DNA of 64,000 nucleotides from Takakia lepidozioides (lineage: Eukaryota > Plantae > Bryophyta): positions 74,958,001 to 75,022,000 of the forward strand of contig CM060733.1 in assembly GCA_030704615.1 (NCBI GenBank). Reading direction: 5' to 3'. This document shows, piece by piece, positions 1-12,400 of the stretch. Under the pieces are notes generated by a model. That model was not told where the DNA came from and made no database searches. It worked only from the letters and a program-made list of their open reading frames with translations. The translations under genes and the position numbers were made by a program. Every line of letters starts with the position of its first letter. Positions within the stretch are counted from its first letter, which is position 1.

Positions 1-1101
1 AATTTTACATCTGTATATAAGTATATACGCATGCGCATGATGTGGTGCTCTCTCATTTATAGTAAATATGCACAATCCCCATATTCCCTAAACTTAAGCC
101 TAACCCTAAACTCCCAATCCTAATTCGGGCCTGGTGCGACCTCCTAGGCGTCGCAAATGTAAGAAACAAAAGAAACCAGACCCTCTGCGTCGCAGATGGG
201 GCCACCCTAAAATTTTATTTGAAAGAAAACCGTCGCAGGTTTAATGCGACGCCCTCTAAAAACGCCTCGCAGATTAACTGCGACGCCACGCCCGTCGCAC
301 GAGGCGACCCTTTATTGGGGCACCCACAAGCGCCGTAGTTTTACTGCGACGCCTGATCCGTCGCACGACGGACACATATTGCCCGCCCGCCCCCCCCCCC
401 CCACAATCGTTGCAGGTTTACTGCGACGCGTCTTGCGTCGCACAAGGGGACACCCATTGGGCGCCCGTAAGCGTCGCAGTTCTAATGCGACGTCCCCGAC
501 GTCGCAGGAGGGGCACCCGAAAGAAAAATAAAATAAAATCACAATAACCCGATAAGATAAATAAATAAATAAAATTACCCGAAAGGCGTTGCAATTTTAC
601 TACAACGCATAGGACGTCGCCCCTGTGAGCAGATTGAAAAAGATATTTTTTATTTAAAAAAAGATGAAAAAACATCGCATTTTTACTACGACGCAATAGG
701 TCGCAATAATGGATATAACCAAAAAAAAAATTAATATACAGTTTTTATTTAAAAACACAAAATAAAAACAGCCGCACGGAAACGGCGACAGCAGGGACGA
801 CGCACAGTGCGTCACTTTTCGATGCGGAGCATCGCGTTCCGTGCACCTCACGCTTCCCCCCTTTGCGACGCCGAGGGTGTCGCAGGTGGTAGTGACGCTA
901 CGGGCGTCGCAAACCCTGGAGTCCCGGGGGACGCATTGTGTGACCCCCCTGGCGTTGCCTTGAGCGCGGATTCTGCGACGTCACCGCTGCGACACAAATG
1001 CGACGCCTCAGATTTGGGATTTTTGCCGCGCTCGAAATCCGCGATGTGCGACGCTCCTGGCGTCGCTCGGGCATCACTAACCCCCCTCCAACGGTGTAGT
1101 G
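1..1101. mobile_element. Terminus of a CACTA/EnSpm-like element with subterminal TGCGACG/CGTCGCA repeats
   Basis: Dozens of short TGCGACG/CGTCGCA motifs in both orientations (about 135-1070), ending in GGTGTAGTG at 1093-1101 (reverse complement CACTACACC). The other end lies outside the window. Confidence 0.6.
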
Positions 1102-1458
1102 GAAGTACATTGGAATGTGCCACAACCCAGTTTTTGTATAATCGAAATTGCATGAGTTTTGGTTTTGTCCTCATGACATTCAACAGTGTGTTCGTGGGGG
1201 AGTCCACAGAGATGCGAAGGACAGACCAGAGCCACCACAGGTATGGCCTGTGATGCCAGGAACTGATTTGACTCAGGAGGAAGTTAACTCATTGGATGCA
1301 GCCGGGTTTCGTTTGGTCCCGAGGGATGATATCCCACGTTTTCACATGGAGGAGGACGTTGGTGCCCAACAACCCGGAGCTCATCAGAATTGGGACTATT
1401 ATCCCAAATGCAGATGGGGCAAGCAATATAATCGAAAAAAGCAGAGAGCTATTAATAG
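1102..1458 (+). pseudogene. C-terminal relic of a third GCM-MULE-SWIM-type transposase
   Basis: HEFWFCPHDIQQCV...VWPVMPGTDLTQEEVNSLDAAGFRL aligns with HKFWFSADDCGRCV...VWPVKLGTNLTNQEIAMLEEAGFSL (ORF 37388-38239) and VWSVAPGCSLSQNEADALSAAGFRM (ORF 35042-36472). Confidence 0.65.
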
Positions 1459-1699
1459 CAGGGTTGCACACGTCAATGACGTCACGTCACGTCACATCAC
1501 GTCGGACTTGACGTTGACGCGACCAACGTCACGTCAATTTTGTCGAAAAATTAGTAAAAACATGAGTTAGGTGAAAAATATACCACGTAGGTGGACACGT
1601 TGTATTCCAAACGACACCTTGGCAAGTGAATGAATTGTTTTATAAATTACTCCATCCGCCAATAGTTGAGGTCATTTTTAAATCATTATTGTTAAATTG

Positions 1700-2390
1700 G
1701 TGCAACCTCCAAATGGTGGTGGTCGCAAAATTTATCTTATTTTTTAATAGTGCGACCACCAGCAAAGGGGTTGTCACAGCATTTTTTGTTTTTAAAAAAT
1801 AGATGCGACCACCAGCAGGGGTGGTCGCATTTTTTTCTTTTCTTAAACAGTTACGACCACCGCTACTGGTGGTCGCACAATTTTTATTTTATTTGTAATA
1901 GGTGCAACCACCATCAGGGGGGTGGTCGCAACATTTTTCTATTTTTTAATATCTACGACCACCAGCATGGGGGTGGTCGCAGCATTTTTTTTTTAATAGG
2001 TGCGACCACCAGCAGGGGGTAGTCGCAGAATGATTTTTTTTTTTTTTTTTTTATTAAAAAAAATATTCTTTGTGACCATGAGCATGGGGGTGGTCGCAGC
2101 ATTTGTTTTTTTTTAATAGGTGCGACCACCAGCATGGGGGTGGTCGCAAAAAATTTCTTTTTGTTTAATAGGTGCGACCACCAACAGGGGGGTGGTCGCA
2201 GAAATTTTCTGTTTTTTTAATAGGTGCGACCACCAACAGGGGGTAGTCGCAGCAATTTAAATTTATTTATTTTAATTTTTTTAATAAAAATAAAAATAAA
2301 AAAACTCTATGACCACGAGCATGGGGGTGGTCTCAACATTTTTCTTTTTTTTAATAGGTGCGACCACCAGCATGAGGGTGGTCGCAGCAG
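1700..2390. repeat. Left subterminal array of TGCGACCACC-n5-8-GGTGGTCGCA hairpin motifs with poly-T spacers
   Basis: About a dozen imperfect palindromic copies visible directly. Confidence 0.85.
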
Positions 2391-2808
2391 TTTTAAAAAT
2401 AAAATAACATGCGACTTCTTCGTACGACCTGGAGCGGTCACAACATTGGATCTGATTCGTCGAGCGTGTGAGGCTTGGAGGCTGGATGGTATATAAGGTG
2501 GTCCCAATGCCCCTCACTTCTTTTGTGGCAAACACTTTTGTGGCGAGTGAATGTTCTTTATTCCTTGAGCAAGAGTGTAAGCCCAAGAGGAGGGTGCGGA
2601 CTTTTTGCTGTTGTGGCTTCCACCAGAGCCACTGCAGCAAATTGTCGAAAAACACAATACTATATGGTGCATTGATCCACTTGGATTGATGCCGTAGTGT
2701 TGGGCCATCGCATTATGTTCTAACTTCTATTGCTCTTGACAAATCTACCAAGTACACTAGTGTTATTCGTTCAACCTTAAGTCTGTGGTTAGGGTTTTGG
2801 GTGTGAGG

Positions 2809-5784
2809 ATGATGGAGAAGTGGATCCCTTGGTTCACCATAGACCCGCACAAAAAGGACGGTGTTCAATGCAATCTTTGTGCATTGAAGCTGGCAGGTCG
2901 CAAAGATCGCATGTTATATCATCTTGGCTACAGAGATGGGAAGAATGCAGGGGTTAGTTTGTGCCCAAAAGCCTCTATGCGAGTGAAAACCCACTTTGCC
3001 CAATGTGGAGGCAATATCCCACCGTCTCTTGATGTGGCCGCAGCTTCTGAGCCAAACACTCCAGGTTCGAATCAAACTGTCCCTCAGAGTTGTACCCAGG
3101 GGGATTCTTGTGAGGCGTCTACTGTTCGTGGAGAAGCCGGTGGGTCAGGAGCAACACCCGATTGTACGCCAGCACTTATACGGACCAGACCATTGAGGCA
3201 ATAATCAATGCAAGAAGGCTTAAATTTGTCGCACAAGAGGACTCTGGATAAGAAGTGGGCCCAATTTTTCTACGAGGCCAATATTCCGTTCAATGTCTCG
3301 AGGCTTCCCGCGTTTGTGGCTGCTGTCAAAGCCACGTCCGATTCCAAGTCCACATACACACCTCCGAGTTATCGCGATCTCCGCACATGATTGCTAGAAG
3401 AGGCTATGTCTGACCTCACCCAAAAGGTGAATGAAAAGACAGATGATTCTCTCCAGAAATATGGAAGCACTATATGTGCGGACGGTTGGAGTTCTGTTAC
3501 TAATCGACCACTGTTCAATGTCATGCTGGTCTGTCCTGCGGGGGAACAATTTTTGGGATCCGTTGACACAAGCGGGGAGAGAAAAGATGCACGTTATCAA
3601 GCAGGGTTGTTGATGAGTTACATCGATAAAATTGGAGCTGATAAAATTGTCCAAGTGTGCACGGACAATGCATCTAACATGGTTGATATGGCCGATATTT
3701 TGATTATACGATATCCCCATCTATATTACCAAGGGTGTGCTGCTCATATCTTTGATCTTTTTTTGGAGGATTGGGAAAAAGAATCATGGATGAAACAACT
3801 AGTAAAAAAGGCAAAGTCGGTTGTGACGTTCATTCGTACACATCACATCCCTCTGGCATTGTTTAGAAAGCATGAACCCAAATACAGCCTTAGGAACCCG
3901 GGTGAAACCCGCTTTGCCACAAACTTTTTGATGGTGGATCGACTGGTGACTGTGAGGGTGGGTCTGGAGCAGGTGATCATTGACCCTCAATGGGATGCGT
4001 ATGTGGGCACCTTACGCGACTCTCGTAAGTCCAAGTCTTTGAGCAAATGTCGGAGGGTCCGCGCAATCATTCGCTCCGACGATTTCTGGGCGAAATGTGC
4101 AAATTTTGTGTACATGGTGGAGCCGGTGTTGATTGTTTTGCGGAAGTTTGATGGAAAACAACCAATAATGGGTAAAACATGGTTGACATTGGAAAACCTT
4201 GAGAAGCACGTGCAATCCTTGAGGCGTCCTCCATTTTCTATGGACGATGATTTGGCGGCAAGGACCGATGATGCATTTTACGACCGCAAACGGATGGTTC
4301 GCACGGACTTGCATTATGCGGGGGCCTTGCTGAATCCATTCTTGTTGGACAATACGGATTTGAGAGACGATATGGATGCCAAAGCCGGGCTTGTACGGGT
4401 CATCATGCAACTTGCGCCCTTGAACATGGCAGAGCAAGCATTGTCCGAGTACCAGTGCTTCTCGGATCGGCAGAATCCTTTCCATGACATGCCGGATCCA
4501 AAAGCAATGAACATGTTGCCACATGAATGGTGGGATCTGATTGGAGCTGGAGCAAGAACGTTAGCTCCCATTGCAAAGCGTATTCTTGCTCAAGTGTGCT
4601 CTGCCTCGTCCTGTGAGCGGAACTGGAGCAGTTACTCGTTTGTTCACAACAAGATTCGCAACAAGTTGAATCCTGCCAGGGCTGACAAATTGGTTTATGT
4701 CTACACGAATTGTAGGCTACTGCGAAAGAGGAGAGCAAGTGACGCATCTGCATGGTACGAGAAGAATCTGTTGTCTGAAGAATCTACCTCAGAGGTCCAA
4801 TCTAGCAGCAATGATGACACTGACGCCGCGAGGGACTCCGACTCCGACTCCGACGGTTGGGATGGGTTCGATGATGTGGGCAATCCTCCACATGACCCAT
4901 ATGAATTTAATGACGATGATGCTGCAATGCATCCATCCTTCGATGACCTTGTTATTGATGAACTGCGACATAGTATCATCCCAATTGCGGACCCCATTCC
5001 CCCAGTGGAGCACACTCTCAACAATGAAGTTGAGGTCAACTCTCCCCCACCACGAGTTCCACGGACTGCGGGAGATTCGCAGGTCGAATCGTCGGATGAT
5101 GACAACCGGCCGTTGTCTTTCCTTCACCGACATCGTGCCCCTGTGAACCGTGCTTCATCTCACCCCGCTCCATCTCATGTTTCTCTTTCTCAATCCGGTC
5201 CATCCCATACTGGTCCATCTAGTCTCTCTCCCCCTCATGTAATTCCTTCCATCGCTACTCCGATCCTGGGAGATGGTTCTTCTGCTGCGGGACTTCTGCA
5301 AGTCGAACCATCGGATGACGACGACCGGCCATTGTCATTTCATCTGGCTCGACGACGTCCGCATGTGAACCGTGCTCCCTCGACCCTCGCTGGTCCATCT
5401 CATGCCCCTTCCTCTCATGTCGGCCCCTCTGATGTACATGCGAGTAGCCTTCCTCATACGAGACCTGCTCCAAGGCCACCACGAAATCCGGGACAAGCCC
5501 AGAAACGGCAGAGAATTGTGCAACTTTTTGTTGGTGACCGACCTGTGAACAGGCCTGATACCCTAGATGGTATTCATGATAGGAGTGGAAATCAACCAGA
5601 GAGACAACTGAACGTACTCCGAGGACGACTACAGGTCCAACGGCCAGTTGCCTCTGGAAACGAAAGAACAGGTGGAGATCATGATTCTAGCACTGATCAT
5701 GGGAACGGGGGTGAAGTGAGTGGGGACAAAGATTTTGTACTAGACGTGAGATCATACCATCGTCGTCGTGCCAGACGGAATTAG
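2809..5784 (+). pseudogene. hAT transposase (BED-like Zn finger, DUF659 core, hAT dimerisation domain) with two in-frame stops
   Basis: CNLC...H Zn finger, KWAQFFYEANIPFN, ADGWS, VCTDNASNM, CAAH, TRFAT, WW...SASSCERNWS. In-frame stops at 3202-3204 (TAA) and 3388-3390 (TGA). Confidence 0.9.
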
Positions 5785-6089
5785 GTACAGCTATAACTTC
5801 TGTGACCTGTCACATGATGTGTAGTATGTTTCCCTGGATATCCATGTTTCAGTTTGGGTACATGCATACGTGTATGGAAATAAAAATGGTGGAATATGTG
5901 TACCCAAGAAAGGGTTTGGTGGTTGTGCGTGTGTTTGTGTTTCGTCATTACCTTTACATTGTTGATTTCCTATTATGGTTTCGAAAGCCACAAAAGCCAG
6001 GTGCAGCTCCCAACATTCATCTTCCCCTTCACAAATCCATAGGGAGTCGATACATGTGCATTTCATTAGCCTCTCCAAACATACATACA

Positions 6090-6890
6090 GGTGCAAGGAG
6101 ACCAACCTCCTGGTGGTCGCACCTATTTTAAAAAAACAATTGTGTGACCACCAGTAGCGGTCGTCGCAACTGTTAAAATAAAAGAAAAATGTTGCGACCA
6201 CCCCCCTGCTGGTAGTCGCACCTATTTACCGATTTACTAATTACCCCTGCTGGTGGTCGCAGATTTTATTTTATTTTATTTTGGGAAACACCTGGGAGCG
6301 ACAGCTCACAATCAGGCCCCTTAATAGTGAGAGGAGAAAATAACCTCTTTCATTTATGCGCCAAGAGGCGTAGGAATGGGGCACCACACACTAACCATAC
6401 CACACCCATTTGACCCCATAATCGTCCGGGTCGCACTCAGTGCACTTAACCAACTGAGCTATTGACTGTTGGTAGATATTAAAAAATCGGAAAATTATGC
6501 GACCACCCCCCTACGACCACCCCCCTGCTGGTGGTCGCATCTATTAAAGAAAAGGAAAATAGTGCGACCACCAGCAGGTGGTGGTCGCACCTATTTGTTT
6601 TAAACAAAATTTCTGCGACCACCCCTCTGCTGGTGGTCGCGCCTATTAAAAATATATATATATATATATGGGACCACCTCCCTGCTGATTAAAAATAAAA
6701 AAATCTGCGACCACCCCCCTGCTGGTGGTCGCACCCATTAAAAAAAAGTAAACAAATCTGTGACCACCCCCCTGCTGGTGGTCGCACCCATTAAAAAACA
6801 TAAACAAATCTGCGACCACCCCCCTGCTGGTGGTCACACATAATAAAGAAAAGAAAAAAAGATGCGACCACCCCTGCTGGCGGTCGCAGC
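6090..6890. repeat. Right subterminal palindrome array of the hAT element (poly-A spacers)
   Basis: Reverse-complement counterpart of 1700-2390. Confidence 0.85.
6263..6473 (-). mobile_element. tRNA-derived SINE inserted in the hAT subterminal array
   Basis: The minus strand has a Pol III A-box TAGCTCAGTTGGTTAAG (6445-6461), a degenerate B-box and an (AAAAT)n tail. The 3' part recurs at 49368-49410. Confidence 0.6.
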
Positions 6891-7319
6891 TATTAATAGC
6901 GTGCGCAGTCATGATGACAGCGCGTCCCGAGTGTGGGGGGGGGGGGGGGCTTATAAGGCCTTGGAGGCCATTCTCTCCCTCACTTTTCTCCACACCAGGA
7001 CTTGATGGGTGATGGGATGTTGCATTCCTTGTCATTGAGTCCAAGTGGAGAGGGGTGCTATTGGTTGGGTGGGGGATATTCTGGGCCGTTGGATTCTACG
7101 AAATCAATGTTGAGTACCTCCCGGGAAGCCCTCCTCTAGCACCCACATTTTTTTCATTGCACATTGCGTCATATCACTTAGAACTGCCGAGGGAGTGACA
7201 CGTGCCTCTAGTACTTGGGGAGGATTCATTAGGGACTAGGATTAGGTATGTTTTAGGAGGGTTGGGAGAGCATTTTTCTTAGTAAACACCTATCGAGTAG
7301 GGGTAAGCCAAAGCCATAA

Positions 7320-9889
7320 ATGGCGGAGGAGGAAGACAGAAGAGGTCATCCCAGGGATGACGATAATGAACCTGGACCTCCCAAAAAAAAACCAAAAGGG
7401 GCCAGACGCGAACTTCATTGGGACATATACAATGACCCGAACATTCTTGCGGAACCAGATTGGGAAGTTTGGAAGTTGGGGCAGCAGTGGTCGCTTGGCG
7501 ATTGCAGGAAATTTGTGGAGTAGTGTCACATAAATCGTTTGTGGCCCAGAGATAGGCATGATCCACAAACCAAACAAAAACAAGCTAGCTTGCATTCCTG
7601 CGTCAACCCGCATTTCCGCCACAGGGTAGAGGAGGTACATACAACATTGTGGGGTCAACCGCTCGTCAACAACAAGGTCCTGTATTTATTTGCGGCCATG
7701 TTGTACACAGAGTTGATTTTATTGCGACCAGTGGATTGACAAACTGCCACTGCGAGACAACGTACTAGACTATACATGTTCTCTGATATCCCAGACTTGT
7801 ATATACGTTAGGGGCAGGACATCATACGGTTCGAAGGAAACGACGAGGTGGAAGAATGAGGAAAGGCGGATGAAAATGACAATGTGAAAGAAGGATGAAA
7901 TGCAGACCAACCTCCAAATTATACGCCGCAATAGGTCTCCGCAGTCGGGCCTTCAACGTCTGAGGTGGAGGCGGGCGAGGTACGCTCTCCGTTGGAGGAA
8001 CAGTTGGCCGCACATGAACAGCACATCAAAGACCTGCATGACATTGTTCATTTGCAACGGTGTCAACTAACGAAGTTGCTGGAAAGAATGGGGTTGGGGA
8101 CTCTCGACAGCGTACGCGGTGTGCTTCAGGACCCGAGGCCAATCACCAACGAGCAAGACATATTGGCGCGTTTGAATATGCCACCAATGGACATTGACCG
8201 CGTCATCGACAGGGTTGACTCAATCGGGCATGGGAATGAAGTGCAAACGTCTGAACTGGACCAGGCGAGGGTTGAGGAAGCTTGCGGCGGAGAGGGCAAG
8301 AAAAGGGAAGGACCCCATAGTGGAAATTGGGGAATGTTCAGCCGTGCAAATTACATCGGCCCAAGAACAGGAATTAGAGCAGCTTGTGGGGGAACGCGAG
8401 CAAGCTAGGGCTATTGTATATCGGTACTCAAGTGCCATGCAAATCCGATCGTGGCCATGGTTGAAGGGGAATTGGCGGAATTGGGTGATATGGGCGGGCC
8501 ATCTAGCATCGCGGGAAACATGGATAGAAGAAGCGTTGTCCTCCCTCCAACGTGCAGCACGTTTGTCGAATCGAAGCGTAGATAACATCTATGCTAATTT
8601 GCAAAGGCACGACACTGTGCGTGATGTATTCACGTCGAAGTACAATGGATTCACCACATGGGGTGATGTGCATGCCATGTTTGAGCACTGTGTGCATACA
8701 ATTTTCAATACCAATAACAGCATAAACTGGGATTTGGAAATAGAGGAGGAGTGGGACACTAGGCCGAGGATGTCATCCTACATTAATGAGGATAAACGGA
8801 CGTGGATACCATAGAGCAATCCAGCGTCATGGGTAACAGATGGTACGGTGTGCACAATGTGCTTAAACCCTTATGGACCGGAGGGAGGCTATATGCTTGG
8901 TTCATGTGACCATTTGTTCCATCCTACATGTCTCATATCGGCAGCCATGCGAGCCAGCCAATGCCCTGACTGCCGTGGACCAATCCATTGACGTTTCTAC
9001 GAGTTGTTTGGGTTGCAAGACAATATGCCCATGGGATACGAGTACAACCGGTACAACATGCCATTGGATGTATCGCCTTACGATTTTTTAAATTGGCAGC
9101 ACTGGGGGGAGACAATGACATGGGATGCTCCAAGAGAGATGCTCCAAGAGAGATGCACTTGGATGCGAAGACGTTAACTAGAGTTAAAGATCCGGTGACC
9201 TTTTGGGTGACATCCAACTGGGAAATAACCGTGCGTGCTAGAGGCATACGGGAGTCCAAAGGGAGTTTTTTTGCTGGAACTTGGGAGGGCATTGGAGCTG
9301 TACCAGACAAAGATTCTTCCGACTGCCTGAGGATCCGTGGGTGCCAGCGGAAAACGACCCATACAATCGCGAACCGATTGGGAGAGACCTATTTCTGAGG
9401 GAGTTGGAGGCCGCTAACATCCGTTGGGAGGATATGAATGAGACGTACTGGGTGCCTCGTCGGGATGATGGGCCATTTCTTCCAGAGTTGCGCAGAGACA
9501 CCCAACAGGAGGAGGTGTTGGACAATTTCGAGATTGTCATCACAAGTGTGGAAAAGTATTGGCAGAACACATGGCGTGACCAAGTTGCCCCTATTCCAGG
9601 GGTGTTCTTACCACTTCCAAACATATCGGATTTAATTGAAAAATTGCATGCCGCCGTAGCAAGAGCGACACACCCGGCTCTGGCAAATGTAGAAGAGAGT
9701 CAGCACTCGCCTAGAACGCTACGCATGATGGCAAGGGTGGACCACACAACACTGGGTCCCTCTTTGACCACTCGAGCCCAGGCTCGAGCTCTCCGTATTG
9801 GTAGAGGCACGTACTCTACACCCGGAGCATCTTCATTAACATCTGGAGATGACGACACCGAAGTAATAAATCTAGATGAAGATGACTAG
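7320..9889 (+). pseudogene. Decayed ORF(s) of unknown family containing a RING-H2 finger
   Basis: Reading through the stop of ORF 8194-8814 gives CTMC-x14-CDHLFHPTC-x10-CPDC at 8851-8973. There are several stops and frameshifts. Confidence 0.6.
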
Positions 9890-10048
9890 AAAGGCTAGAA
9901 ACGTAGGGAGTAGGCCAAAGGTCTCAGGTTGCGAAAACTTAAATGTGCAACCCACTCTATAGTCTACGTAATTTTTGGAAATACGAGGTTCATCCTTTGA
10001 ACCATTTTTGAATGACCTCATACTTGTTCGGTACCTGTTTGACGGCAT

Positions 10049-10501
10049 TGTAGTGTGAATGCAGGGGACAGAACATTACATATGTTTACCATTACGACCT
10101 ACATCACTATGACGGAGTGCCCGTCATCCCAACTGCAGAAAGGATGTATCCCTTCATGTAGGTAATTTCATGAGCGCACTGAACTTATGCTTTGCCAGGA
10201 GAAAATGGCTAAGTCATGACGGTACACATTTTCATCCATGCGATGAACGTTTTCATCACTGGTTCTTGACCTAAAAGATCGCGGGTTGAGAAAAACGAAG
10301 AGGAAGATGACGGATGGCTCGTAGCGGCTGTTGCAAGCAGTGGTGTCGGCAGGGCAGCCTGTGTTAGGAGGTTGTACCTGCGCGGTGGGATCTTGCTTGG
10401 CTTAGGAAGCGGCATTAAGACGCCTCTGCTTGGTATTCTGTGTAGAAAGAAGCGGTGCCGCCTCTCTCGTAGTGATGATCAATTCCAAGAGATAGAAGCA
10501 T
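10049..10501 (+). repeat. 453-bp inverted duplication, copy 1 (inversion breakpoint)
   Basis: Apparently identical reverse complement of 23759-24211; the 68-aa ORFs at 10209 and 23845 are identical. Confidence 0.95.
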
Positions 10502-10648
10502 GTAAGGAAAGCGGCGCACCACCACTGCCGCCAGTGCCTTGAAGATGATAGTTATGGGCAGATGAGCAAGCAAGGAAAAGGCCAGCTGCTGAAAGCACAG
10601 GGAAGAGAGTCTGGGCACAATCAATGGGGGGGGAGGTAAAGCATGTGG

Positions 10649-11450
10649 TCAGCGCCGAATTTCAATTCGGATCCCCCCAAAGGAAGTCGTGTCGGGGGGT
10701 CAGGCCGAAAACTAGCCGACATAAAAACCTCCCCGGATGGAAAAACGGCGCCGAATTTCCATCCGAGGCCGTTCGGATGCAGTTGGCTCAGGGGAAAGGC
10801 CGCCACCTGGCCCTCACATTACAACCCCCGGACGGAAATTCGGCACCGAATATCCAACAGGGGAAGCCCGGATGAAGTCGCCTCGGGCGTAGAGGCCGGC
10901 GCGTGTTCGACAGAGAGCATCCCTTGGATGGAGATTCGGCGCCGAAATTCCATCCGGGCCCCCCCAAAGGAAGTCGTGTCGGGGGGGCATGTCGAAAATT
11001 GGCCGACATAAAAACCTCCCCAGATGGGAAAACGGCGCCGAATTTCCATCCGGGCCCCCTCAGAGGAAGTCCGGTCGGGTGGTGAGGGCCAAAACTGGAC
11101 GATATAAAAACCTCCCAGGATGGAATAACGGCGCCGAATTTCCGTGTGGGGCGGTTCGGATGCAGTCGGGGAGGGGGGAGAGGCCGGCACCTGGCCGTCA
11201 CATTTCAACCCCCGGACGGAAATTCGGCACCGAATATCCAACAGAGGACGCCCGGACGAAGTCGCCTCGGGCGGAGAGGCTGGCACCTGTCCGACAGAGA
11301 CCATCCCCCGGATGGAAATTCGCCGCTGAATTTCCATCCGGCCCCCCCCAAAGGAAGTCCGGTCGGGTGGTGAGGCCCAAAACTGGACGATATAAAAACC
11401 TCCCAGGATGGAAAAACGGCGCCGAATTTCCGTCCGAGGCCGTTCGGATT
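10649..11450. repeat. About 290-bp-unit array containing multiple GGAAATTCGGCGCCGAATTTCC-type palindromes
   Basis: Seen directly; homologous to 62830-63550 and 32375-32540. Confidence 0.9.
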
Positions 11451-11524
11451 TCCCTCTAGCGGTCAAGGATTCCATGAAAAACGTGTCTAAAAGTGGACTT
11501 CAGCCACAAAACTAACTGCCACGC

Positions 11525-12400
11525 TCAGAATTACCTGCAGGAAGGTAACTCGGCGCTTCGACCTACCTGACGAATGGAAATTCGGCGCCGAATTACCATC
11601 CTGATCCGCTCCGAATTACCTGCATGACGGAAATTTTGCGCGCTGCCCTACCTGCTGGATGGAAATTCGGCGCCGAATTTCCATCCATCCGCTCTCCGAC
11701 CAACCTGGCGGATGGAAATCCGGCGCCGGATTTCCATCCATCCGTCTCCGAATTACCTGCGTGGCGGAAATTTCGTGCGCCGCCCTACCTGGCAGGATGG
11801 AAATCCGGCGCCGAATTTCCATCCATCCGCTCTCCGACCAACCTGGCGGATGGAAATCCGGCGCCGGATTTCCATCCCTCCATCTCCGAATTACCTGCGT
11901 GACGGAAAATTCACGCGCCGCCCTACCTGGCAGGATGGGAATCCGGCGCCGGATTTCCATCCATCCGGCTCCGAATTACCTGCGTGGCGGAAATTTTGCG
12001 CGCCGCCCTACCCTGCAGGATGGAAATCCGGCGCCGGATTGCCATCCATCCGGCTCCGAATTACCTGCGTGACGGAAATTTCGCGCGCCGCCCTACCTGG
12101 CAGGATGGAAATCCGGCGCCGGATTTCCATCCATCCGGCTCCGAATTACCTGCGTGACGGAAATTTCGCGAGCCGCCCTACCTGGCAGAATGGAAATTCG
12201 GCGTTGAATTTCCATCCCGTTGCGCTCCGAATTACCTGCATGACGGAAATTTTGCGCGCCGCCGTACCTGGCGGAAGGAAATCCGGCGCCGGATTTCCAT
12301 CAATCCGCGCTCCGAATTACCTGCAGGATGGAAATCCGGCGCCGGAATTCTATTCTGCTGCGCTCCGAATTACCTCTACGTTGGAAATTCCGGGCCGAGT
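11525..12400. repeat. Dense array of the 30-bp palindrome GGATGGAAATYCGGCGCCGRATTTCCATCC
   Basis: Seen directly; it is the source of the spurious MEIRRRISIH ORFs. Confidence 0.9.

Larger units (their letters stand above)
1459..6891 (+). mobile_element. hAT-superfamily DNA transposon (DUF659 type), right TIR apparently lost
   Basis: Starts CAGGGTTGCAC at 1459. The 8-bp duplication ATTAATAG is at 1451-1458 and 6892-6899. Mirror-image subterminal palindrome arrays flank an internal hAT transposase. Confidence 0.75.

Noticed and set aside
85-112. Telomeric CCCTAAA repeats
   Set aside because: Only two or three scattered units.
6400-6470. tRNA gene
   Set aside because: Only the A-box/D-arm is recognisable; there is no cloverleaf, and a SINE-like body and tail follow.
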